64,000 nt of DNA from Christensenellales bacterium (lineage in GTDB: Bacteria; Bacillota; Clostridia; Christensenellales; SZUA-584). The notes beneath the pieces are model-generated. The model saw nothing but the letters and a program-made list of their open reading frames with translations, searched no databases and was not told the DNA's origin. The DNA lies in assembly GCA_040768905.1 (NCBI GenBank), contig JAXGMA010000001.1, positions 383,464 to 447,463 on the forward strand. Direction: 5' to 3'. A program made the position numbers and the translations under genes. Of the stretch, positions 45,701 through 52,910 are shown piece after piece; the first letter of the stretch is position 1, and each line of letters begins with the position of its first letter.

Positions 45701-46054
45701 CTCGAGCACATCTTATGGAGCGAGCTGGGTACAAAGGAGCAATATGACGCTCAGTATGGGAAGACCCCTCTGGGTGAACTTGTGCGCTCTATTGTGGGGC
45801 TCAGTCAGCAGGCCGCCAACGAGGCGTTTTCTCGCTTCCTCAATGATGTTGCGATTGACAGTCAACAGATGTTTTTTGTCCGGCAGGTTGTTAATTATAT
45901 CGTCAGAAACGGCATGATGAAAGACTTAGCAGTATTACAGGAAAGCCCTTTTACCGATATGGGTAGTATCAGTGAACTATTTGATGATGCGACAATGTTT
46001 ATGGATTTGCGGACAGTTATTGAAGGGATAAACCGAAATGCCATGGTGGCTTGA
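42737..46054 (+). CDS. hsdR: Type I R-M restriction subunit (EcoEI/EcoAI-like, DUF4145-like N-terminus)
   Basis: ADYVL..IEAKR nuclease, MATGSGKT, DEAH, QMIGRGTR. Confidence 0.95.
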   Translation: MRTNFDFLTKDPQFEPFAEAAVSAERVLPISPALCATACRAALEFAVKWVYSVDGSLKKPYEDKLVTLVGTEDFKDLLPVGMMQKLNYLRKVGNNATHNAKGVSRDQAILALQNLHSFMDFVAYCYGVDYNEVSFDRSLLEEKPAPVPVIPPEMEEVDFQTLLDENFPKREKLTAKRVAQLKQGYTVKPMDMTETQTRKAYIDVMLQDAGWQRGPNWAEEYPIDEMPNKSGKGAADYVLLGDNGLPLAVIEAKRTSVNVEKGRQQAVLYADFLEKKFGQRPIIFMTNGYETRIWSDKYYPERLVSGIYSKRDLEKDFNIMKSRTALNAVRVNDDISNRYYQKEAIQAICDAFDDRNRRKALLVMATGSGKTRTVISLADVLIRHGWVKNLLFLADRNALVTQAKRAFHNLMPNLSLCNLTEGKEEASARAIFSTYQTMMNCIDSTRDEQGQRLFTPGHFDLIIVDEAHRSIYNKYKDIFTYFDALLVGLTATPKDEIDKNTYGIFDLESGVPTYGYELSQAVQDGYLVDFVSIETELKFMTKGIAYAELSPEEQEEYENTFADEDGNVPENIDSSAINEWIFNQDTIKKALHILMQHGQRVDFGEKIGKTIIFAKSHKHAEKIMKVWAQEFSDYPSHYARVIDNYTNYAQSLIDDFSDKNKLPQIAISVDMLDTGIDVPEILNLVFFKKVMSRGKFWQMIGRGTRTCEKLIDGEDKQRFYIFDLCRNFEFFRLHAKGREAGTVSTLQERMFNTKVEMVYKLQEIGFQTDTLKEYRKVLVQDLAAQVKALPRDNFAVKQHLRIIDKYQSEDDFDTLTYENTLQIAEHIAPLVLPSGDDISAARFDMLIYQIELAMLAGKSTKRAKNDVVRKASELSRYGNIPAIAQQQELIEQIVHNGFLERAGISDYEDVRIKLRDLIKFIPEDERVRYDTNFADDILSIEWNESELDNDDLVNYKKKISYYILQHQDITAIAKLKGNKPLTSEDVRSLEHILWSELGTKEQYDAQYGKTPLGELVRSIVGLSQQAANEAFSRFLNDVAIDSQQMFFVRQVVNYIVRNGMMKDLAVLQESPFTDMGSISELFDDATMFMDLRTVIEGINRNAMVA

Positions 46055-46094
46055 GGTAAAAAAGGTTTTGATTTGAACTTTCAAAGGAGGTTCT

Positions 46095-46307
46095 ATGGCT
46101 ACATATGAAGCGATACAGGAATATGTGAAAAGGAAATACAACGTCAGTATCAAATCATGCTGGATCGCTCACATGAAGGAGGTTTGCGGTTTGGATGTGA
46201 AAATGTCTCCCAAACGATATGATGAAAACAAGAGAACCAACCCCTGCCCCGACAGCAAAAAGTACATGATCGAAGACGCGTTCCGGCACTTTGGTATGGT
46301 CGGATAG
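46095..46307 (+). CDS. Small stand-alone protein resembling the C-terminal extension of RumA/RlmD
   Basis: AGGAGG RBS; ATY..I..YV...IA..K..CG...CP..K...I..A..HFGM pattern. Confidence 0.65.
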   Translation: MATYEAIQEYVKRKYNVSIKSCWIAHMKEVCGLDVKMSPKRYDENKRTNPCPDSKKYMIEDAFRHFGMVG

Positions 46308-46351
46308 CTCTCGGATAGTTTTCATATTACAGTGGCGCTCTTGATAATATA

Positions 46352-46360
46352 TGATATAAT
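46352..46360 (+). promoter_or_regulatory. Extended -10 promoter for satD
   Basis: TG-A-TATAAT directly before the repeat array. Confidence 0.6.
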
Positions 46361-46362
46361 AT

Positions 46363-46471
46363 TGATGCGGTTTTAATGGCATCATGGGCAGTGATGCGGT
46401 TTTAATAGCATCATGGGCAGTGATGCGGTTTTAATGGCATCATAGGCAGTGATGCGGTTTTAATGGCATCA
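46363..46471. repeat. Tandem array of four 22-bp palindromes, 29-bp period
   Basis: TGATGC-GGTTTTAAT(G/A)-GCATCA at 46363, 46392, 46421, 46450 with T(G/A)GGCAG linkers. Confidence 0.95.
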
Positions 46472-46512
46472 AGCAATGGCGCAGGAAAAAACGACAAAGA
46501 GAGGAAGATAAA

Positions 46513-47193
46513 ATGTACTGTGCAATTATTGGAGACATAGTTGAATCTAAAAAGATCACAAAAAGAGAAGAAATCCAGAATAAATTGGCTAAGAAGTTAA
46601 CTCAAATAAATAAGGAAATACCCAATATTGCATCCAACTTTTCGATAACACTCGGAGATGAGTTTCAAGGTCTGTTACAGTCGTGTGATCATGTTATAAA
46701 AATAGTAAATGCAGTTAAATTAGAAATGTATCCAATTAAAATTCGTTTTGGAGTAGGTCTAGGGGAAATGAGCACCTCTATAAACAAAGAGCTTCCACTT
46801 GGTTCTGACGGTAAAGCATATCATAATGCAAGATCTGCAATAGACGAGATAAAGAAAATCGAAAAACAATATGAGCCACCTGCCATAAATGTAATGATAA
46901 AAATACAAAATGAGATTCTACTCAGTGATAGAAAATATATTGATGTAAATTTGCTGAATATCAATTTTAGTGCATGTTCATTTATTGAGAAGTCATGGAC
47001 TCTAAAGCAAATAGAGGTATTAAAACTAAAGGAGAAAAACCTTACCCAAAGGCAGATTGCTGAAAAGCTAAATATAACTCAATCAAATGTGCAAAGAAGA
47101 ATAGATGCAGCTGGTTATTATACTTATAACTATTGTTTGAATAATATTCAAATATATTTAAAAGAATTATGGGAGACGATGAATGTATACTAA
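46513..47193 (+). CDS. satD: SatD-family protein (nucleotide-cyclase-like palm domain plus C-terminal HTH)
   Basis: AIIGDIVESK, GDEFQG, RFGVGLG, DGKAYHNAR, TQRQIAEKLNITQSNV. Confidence 0.85.
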   Translation: MYCAIIGDIVESKKITKREEIQNKLAKKLTQINKEIPNIASNFSITLGDEFQGLLQSCDHVIKIVNAVKLEMYPIKIRFGVGLGEMSTSINKELPLGSDGKAYHNARSAIDEIKKIEKQYEPPAINVMIKIQNEILLSDRKYIDVNLLNINFSACSFIEKSWTLKQIEVLKLKEKNLTQRQIAEKLNITQSNVQRRIDAAGYYTYNYCLNNIQIYLKELWETMNVY

Positions 47194-47926
47194 TTTTCTT
47201 ATGCTTTTACTTATATCACACTTTATAGGGGATTATTATTTGCAGAGTGCAGAACTTGCTGAACTAAAACAAAAAAAGTCTATTTACGTCTTAAAACATG
47301 GAATAATATATCCTTTACCATGCTTAATACTGCTAAGTTTAGTTTTTAATGTATCATTATTATTATATTTTGGATTATATTGTGTTTTGCATATAGGAGT
47401 GGATCTCCTAAAAAGTTTTGTATTGAAAACGCACAACTCGGATCATAAAAAGAATAAAGCCATTTATGTTATAGATCAATTACTACACATACTTACTATT
47501 GTGGTGCTATCAATAATATACTCATCCAATTATGGTGATGTAAAGTTTCTGGGTTTTATTGAATCATGGATAACTATTAACAGCATTAATGCTCACGAGA
47601 TACTTAGACTAATACTTTTGATAGTAATCATTTTCAAGCCTACCAATATGACTTTCAAAGTGCTATTCGATAACCTAAAAATAAAAAGAGATAATAAGGA
47701 AAATACTGATCCTATAAAAAATATGGGCGCAACTATAGGTAATCTGGAAAGAGCGCTTATGATAGTATTGCTAATTCTGCAACAGTATACGGCGATAGGT
47801 CTTGTAATTGCTGGGAAATCAATTGCAAGATTTAATAGTAATATTGCAGTCGAATACTTTATAATTGGAACATTTTATAGTATATTAGCCACAATCATAC
47901 CGTTTACATTATTATGGGCATTATGA
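47183..47926 (+). CDS. DUF3307 membrane protein (SatE-like)
   Basis: SHFIGDYYLQ, H..VD, DQLLH, GATIGNLER, KSIARF, EYFIIGT; overlaps satD. Confidence 0.85.
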   Translation: MYTNFLMLLLISHFIGDYYLQSAELAELKQKKSIYVLKHGIIYPLPCLILLSLVFNVSLLLYFGLYCVLHIGVDLLKSFVLKTHNSDHKKNKAIYVIDQLLHILTIVVLSIIYSSNYGDVKFLGFIESWITINSINAHEILRLILLIVIIFKPTNMTFKVLFDNLKIKRDNKENTDPIKNMGATIGNLERALMIVLLILQQYTAIGLVIAGKSIARFNSNIAVEYFIIGTFYSILATIIPFTLLWAL

Positions 47927-48125
47927 TAGAGGAGTATATTATGACCAATTATTCCTTTATGAATCAAGAAAGAGGTGCAGTGAGTTTCTAGGCGCCTGAG
48001 TACGCCATTGATTTGTAATATCGCATCAACTATTATAAACAAGTTTGGAGGGTTTTAATTTGAATACACACAAGCATAGTGTTATGCTATAATGCAAAAG
48101 AAGGTCTTTATTATGAGTTGGTTTC

Positions 48126-48262
48126 CGGCAACATTCTGGCAACAAAAAATCAGATAGCCAAAAAGCTATGGGTAACTGATACAATACAAATACCACGAGC
48201 CATATTACATAAGCAGAAATGTTTAAGTCATGCTCTCAAGGAGCGAGTGGGAATGATTGAAC
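48126..48262 (+). repeat. attR copy A
   Basis: GGCAAC x2 arm, TAAGC-N6-GTTTA at 48210, core CGAGTGGGAATGATT at 48244. Confidence 0.85.
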
Positions 48263-48422
48263 AGATAATATAAATAATATGGATAACACAGAGAAACGCC
48301 ACGACTATTCGCGGCGTTTTTTGATAAGGCACCTGAAAACCATATCGTCAAATATGCGAAATATTGACAAACTTCGCTTAAACCAATACACTATACACAG
48401 ATTACCAGTGTGTGGGTATTAT

Positions 48423-49157
48423 ATGAAGATATTAGATTTTGTTGATCTCACAAATCTTAATACACGTACTGAGGCAGAGCGGGCAAAGTTGTTGTGTTTT
48501 TATCATTATAATGAAACTGACGAACGTCAATTTTCTATGACTTTGATATCTGATCTTATGCAGCAATTTGGTTTTAATATTCCAAATGTTTCACGTCTTA
48601 AAGATAAACTCATAAAGGGAAAGGATAAAATATTTCTGCCTATTAAGGGATCCAAAGGTGAGTATAAGTTTATTCCGGCCATATTGCAAGGGCTTGAGAG
48701 AGAATATAGTCATGCTTGGAATGATACAGAAACAATTGTGTCGGATAGTGAGTTAATTGAAGAAATAAAGTTTTGTGGAAAGCGCAATTCTACTACGCGG
48801 TTAATTCAGCAAATAAATTCTTCATACAAGAATCATTGTTACGATGCTTGCGCAGTACTTATGCGACGGCTGTTTGAGGTAATATTGATCCTTACCTACC
48901 AAAATTTGAACATCGATAATGAAATCAAATCAAATGATAAATACATAATGTTAAAAGATATCGTTAAAAATGCAAGACAGAATAAAAAGCTAAAATTAAC
49001 TCTAATAAAAGATGAGTTTGATAAATTTAGAGATGTCGGGAATTATTCGGCGCATAGCATTGATTATACAGCAGGTAAAAAAGATATTGATGATGTAAAA
49101 CTTAAATATAGGGTGATGCTTGAAGAGCTATATAACAAAGCGGGGTTGATAGTATGA
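48423..49157 (+). CDS. wHTH-like plus DUF4145/HEPN-like protein
   Basis: YDACAVLMRRLFE and RDVGNYSAH (RxxGNxxAH); start at 48423 or 48279. Confidence 0.7.
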   Translation: MKILDFVDLTNLNTRTEAERAKLLCFYHYNETDERQFSMTLISDLMQQFGFNIPNVSRLKDKLIKGKDKIFLPIKGSKGEYKFIPAILQGLEREYSHAWNDTETIVSDSELIEEIKFCGKRNSTTRLIQQINSSYKNHCYDACAVLMRRLFEVILILTYQNLNIDNEIKSNDKYIMLKDIVKNARQNKKLKLTLIKDEFDKFRDVGNYSAHSIDYTAGKKDIDDVKLKYRVMLEELYNKAGLIV

Positions 49158-50101
49158 TAGAAGACAAAACGGAAATTCGTGTTAAATTCAAAATAGGTGA
49201 AATCGAATTTGAAGCGCAAGGAACGGCTGATTTGGTTGAAAGGGAACGTAGTATCTTTTCTAATACGCTCCTACCATCTGCTGTTGATGCTATTGTACGT
49301 ACCCGTAGTGTTGCTCAAGCAAACAAATATGTTGAAGCTGTTGAGCAACCTTCGAAGATATTAGCTGAAGAGACAAGTAAGAAGAATGCTATAGATACTA
49401 TATCTACATCTAAAGAAAACGATTATTCGCGGATGAATCTTGCATCTTACTTAAAGGGTTTTGGTACTTTAACTGAACAAGACTTCACATTGTTTGCAGC
49501 CTATTTTGATGAAATGAAAAATGGTACTAAGTATTTTACAATAGAAGATTTGGAAAGATATTATTCTGAGGCACGAAGAACAGTACCATCAAATCCTAGC
49601 ATGTCGCTTAACCGATTAGCTAAGAAAAGACACATTATGGATGCTGTTGACGTTGAGCAAAAGAAGCCTAAACCATATATAGTATCCAGTGATGGTATAG
49701 AATACATAAAAGAATATCAGCCTAAACAAGAGAATGAGAAGAAATCGCCAAAAACACGAAAACCTCGTTTAAAAGTAGAGTCTGCATATTCAGGCCTAAA
49801 TATTAATGAGTTAAACCTTCAGAATTATCCTGAAGTAAAGTCACTAAAAGTTTTTAAAGAAAAAATGATGATGGTACTATTTATCCTAACTGTTGAAAAC
49901 AAGGGGGAATGGTTTACGGTAGGGGATATACTTTATCTTATGTCAGATGTTTTTGGTGAACATGTAACAAGAAATATGATAAATGGAGTATTCAAAAGAG
50001 ATAAATTATGGTTTAAGGCTGAAAACATTGATGGAAATAAAAAAGAAATGAAGCGTAAGTTATTAAATAAAGGTTTTGATTATGCAAAAGCGCTTTTATA
50101 A
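49154..50101 (+). CDS. Hypothetical protein with probable wHTH domains
   Basis: Overlaps the upstream stop (ATGA); KIGEIEFEAQG N-terminus; NPSMSLNRLAKK..YIVSSDG. Confidence 0.65.
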   Translation: MIEDKTEIRVKFKIGEIEFEAQGTADLVERERSIFSNTLLPSAVDAIVRTRSVAQANKYVEAVEQPSKILAEETSKKNAIDTISTSKENDYSRMNLASYLKGFGTLTEQDFTLFAAYFDEMKNGTKYFTIEDLERYYSEARRTVPSNPSMSLNRLAKKRHIMDAVDVEQKKPKPYIVSSDGIEYIKEYQPKQENEKKSPKTRKPRLKVESAYSGLNINELNLQNYPEVKSLKVFKEKMMMVLFILTVENKGEWFTVGDILYLMSDVFGEHVTRNMINGVFKRDKLWFKAENIDGNKKEMKRKLLNKGFDYAKALL

Positions 50102-50128
50102 CAATGCAAGATAAATAATACCGAACCT

Positions 50129-50252
50129 CGGCAACATTTTGGCAATAAAAAACCAGATAGCCGAAAAGATATGGATGACGGATACAATACAAATACCACG
50201 AGACATAATGCCTAAACAGAAATGTTAAGATTCGCTTCCGAAGAGCGAGTGG
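50129..50252 (+). repeat. attR copy B (diverged direct repeat of copy A)
   Basis: About 125 bp alignable with 48126-48250, ending GAGCGAGTGG. Confidence 0.85.
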
Positions 50253-50299
50253 ATAATATTGATAATAAAAATAATGAGGATATGAAGGAGAAAGTAAGA

Positions 50300-52042
50300 G
50301 TGAGCAAGCTAAATGTTGATCAAAAGACAATTAAAGACTTGCTGACTGATAAATCAGCAAATTTTCTTATTCCTGATTATCAGCGCCCATATGCTTGGGA
50401 AGAGGATGAGTGCCAGACGCTTTGGGATGACATATTTAGCTTTGCTTTTCCTGATAATAATAAAGATTCTTTTAAAGCAAGTGACGAATACTTTCTTGGT
50501 GCTATCGTTACGTTTAAGAATGATGGAGGACAATCAGAGGTCATAGACGGCCAGCAACGTCTAACGACGATTCTGCTGCTTTTGAGGGCGTTCTACGATA
50601 GGTTTAAACGTATGGCTGATCAACCTTCAAAGGATATGAGGAAGAATATTTCACAGTGCATTTGGCGAACCGACGAGTTCGGAAATGCCGATATGGCGAA
50701 CTTAAAGATTGACTCCGAGGTTGCAACCGATGATGAGAAAGAGGAATTTTTGTCTATCCTAAGAAGCGGGGTGTCTGCGAAGACGGCCAACAGTAAATAC
50801 GTCAAGAACTATCGCTTCTTCGAAACAAAAATAAATACCTTTGTTGATGAGTATCCGTCATATTTTGCTTATTTGCCAGCGCGGATCTTGAACAACTGTA
50901 TTCTTTTGCCTATTGAGGCTGACTCACAGGATACAGCACTTAGGATTTTCTCGACGCTGAATGATCGCGGCTTGCCTCTTGCGGATGCCGATATCTTCAA
51001 GGCACAATTCTATAAATATTATGAGAAGAAAGGGACGAAGAGCGAATTCATCGACAACTGGAAGGAACTATCTTCTGTCACCGAGAGAATATTTCATCCA
51101 AGCAACGGTACTCCGATGGATGAATTATTCACAAAACATATGTACTACATCCGAGCTTCTGAAGGCAATAAATCCACTACAACGGAAGCGCTGCGCAAAT
51201 TCTATGAGTACGATAAATATCGTAGGCTTCTTATGGAGCATACGATAGATGACTTGATGATTCTGCTCGATTTCTGGGAGTCTGTGGTTGAACAAGAAGT
51301 GAAGCGCTTTTCAGAGGATGTACTACAAAAGTTATTCGTGCTGAAATACGCTCCCAATGGTATGTGGGAATACATCACTTCGGTGTATTTTTTATCTTAC
51401 AGGGACAACAAAGGCGGTTTGGATAATACAGCTTTTGCAAAATTCTTATCGAAGATAACAGCTTTCATATTTGCGTACTCCCTTACGAATCCGGGCGTGA
51501 ATGCGCTACGCACACCTGTATATGCAGAGATGATTAAAGTATATGACAAACAACGATGTGATTTTGCAGATTTTAAATTTAACGAAGAGCATATTCGAAA
51601 GGTGCTGGAAAACTATAAATTTACAAACAACAGGTTAGTAACCCGGTCCCTGATTACATGGTATGCGTTTTCGTTTGAGGGGCAAAAAAGGCCACCATCT
51701 GATAGTAGCGGTTTCGACATCGAGCATATCTACGCTAAAGAGCGTCACAACAAGGAAAATAAACTTCTGAATCCTGAAAAGATTGAGGAACTAGGCAACA
51801 AGATTCTGCTTGAAAAATCCATTAACATTCGCGCTTCGGATTACAGATTCGAAGATAAGAAAAAATACTATAATGGATATACCGATGCGAAAGGGAAAGT
51901 GCATCCTGCAAGTATAATTAAAGAGTATCGCCATTTGACGCAAAAAGAAGACTTTTTGGAAGTAGATATTGATGAACGAGACATGCAGATACACAACAAG
52001 TTTGTTGAATATCTTAGAGTAGAAGGATTGTTGAAGGAGTAA
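50300..52042 (+). CDS. GmrSD-family type IV restriction endonuclease (DUF262 + DUF1524/HNH)
   Basis: IPDYQRPYAW, IDGQQRLTT, FSTLNDRG, DIEHI, LGNKILL..N; AAGGAG RBS before GTG 50300. Confidence 0.88.
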   Translation: MSKLNVDQKTIKDLLTDKSANFLIPDYQRPYAWEEDECQTLWDDIFSFAFPDNNKDSFKASDEYFLGAIVTFKNDGGQSEVIDGQQRLTTILLLLRAFYDRFKRMADQPSKDMRKNISQCIWRTDEFGNADMANLKIDSEVATDDEKEEFLSILRSGVSAKTANSKYVKNYRFFETKINTFVDEYPSYFAYLPARILNNCILLPIEADSQDTALRIFSTLNDRGLPLADADIFKAQFYKYYEKKGTKSEFIDNWKELSSVTERIFHPSNGTPMDELFTKHMYYIRASEGNKSTTTEALRKFYEYDKYRRLLMEHTIDDLMILLDFWESVVEQEVKRFSEDVLQKLFVLKYAPNGMWEYITSVYFLSYRDNKGGLDNTAFAKFLSKITAFIFAYSLTNPGVNALRTPVYAEMIKVYDKQRCDFADFKFNEEHIRKVLENYKFTNNRLVTRSLITWYAFSFEGQKRPPSDSSGFDIEHIYAKERHNKENKLLNPEKIEELGNKILLEKSINIRASDYRFEDKKKYYNGYTDAKGKVHPASIIKEYRHLTQKEDFLEVDIDERDMQIHNKFVEYLRVEGLLKE

Positions 52043-52098
52043 ATGCTTAGGGCACCTGTGAAGAAAAGCACATAGAGTATATTCACAAAGCAATCAGG

Positions 52099-52325
52099 TT
52101 GATAACAGGCCCTTGATAGCATTTTGATAACAGAAGATCAGCGAACACCGTAGAGGGTGGATAACTGGTATTAAATTGAGTAAAAACCTATCACGAAATC
52201 TAAACAGAATTGTTTAGATTAAGCTTTGAATTTGCGAGTGGAAGTGAGCACAAGAAACTCGGAAAGCCGCATGAATACTGGGTTTTTAGAGAGTTTCAGC
52301 CTCCGGTGATACTGTTTTGATACTA
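52099..52325 (+). repeat. Two-armed att junction C with TGATA-type arms
   Basis: TTGATAAC/TTGATAGC repeats, TAAAC-N6-GTTTA at 52201, core CGAGTGG at 52235, palindrome 52261-52287, TGATACT x2 from 52307. Confidence 0.75.
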
Positions 52326-52369
52326 TAACGTCAAAGAAATTATCGGAGAGTAATTCCATAACAGACATG

Positions 52370-52413
52370 AAAATGTCCGACGAAACAACAAGCTTGTTTT
52401 GCCGGACATTTTT
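52370..52413. terminator. Hairpin/terminator at the 3' end of the second XRE gene
   Basis: AAAATGTCCG..CGGACATTTT. Confidence 0.65.
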
Positions 52414-52910
52414 TATTTTTGTTTATTTGTTCGTTTTGCATCAAGCTCAGCTTTGAATCGTTCGGCCTCAATACGAGGATAGTTGTAACGCCAAGTGTCG
52501 TATTCCTCTTTAGTGATTGTGCCAGCTTTGAGTTTTTCGGCTTCATGCTGCCAAGCACTGAGCATATCAAACATGGAAAGGTAGGTGCTTTCTCTGGTTT
52601 TATCAAGCGTCAGGCAAAGCTTTCCGTCAATGCTGTTGATTTTGAGGCCGTACAAGCCCTCAAGTGCGAACAAGGTGTGCATGAGGCCGACATAACTTTC
52701 AATGTTAGGAACTTTAAGCGCATATGGACTGACGTCTAAGACATTGGCGAGATTAGAGACCAGCTTGTCCTTGGGCGTTCTGGTACCGGACTCATATTGC
52801 GCCATGCGGACATCAGCGGTCTTTTCATCAAAACCAATGGCTTGTCCGAGCCATTTTTGCGTCATACCGCGCAGATTTCGGATAAACCGGATTCTTTCAC
52901 CAATTGACAT
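52413..52910 (-). CDS. Second XRE repressor, paralog of 31724-32233
   Basis: About 80% aa identity by manual alignment; same position relative to an att arm. Confidence 0.9.
   Translation of the reverse strand: MSIGERIRFIRNLRGMTQKWLGQAIGFDEKTADVRMAQYESGTRTPKDKLVSNLANVLDVSPYALKVPNIESYVGLMHTLFALEGLYGLKINSIDGKLCLTLDKTRESTYLSMFDMLSAWQHEAEKLKAGTITKEEYDTWRYNYPRIEAERFKAELDAKRTNKQK

Larger units (their letters stand above)
31557..48258. mobile_element. Integrative mobilisable element inserted at the guaA 3' end
   Basis: 15-bp direct repeat CGAGTGGGAATGATT at 31557-31571 and 48244-48258; contains int, xis, repressor, rep, mob/oriT; no T4SS or capsid genes. Confidence 0.9.

Noticed and set aside
46363-46471. 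CRISPR array
   Set aside because: Linkers are 7 bp and nearly identical, so there are no unique spacers; no cas genes in the window
31557-48258. Prophage or self-conjugative ICE
   Set aside because: No capsid, terminase, tail, VirB4 or coupling-protein genes
48079-48273. 64-aa ORF
   Set aside because: It is a read-through of the attR arm and core; the same applies to the N-terminal extension of ORF 50222
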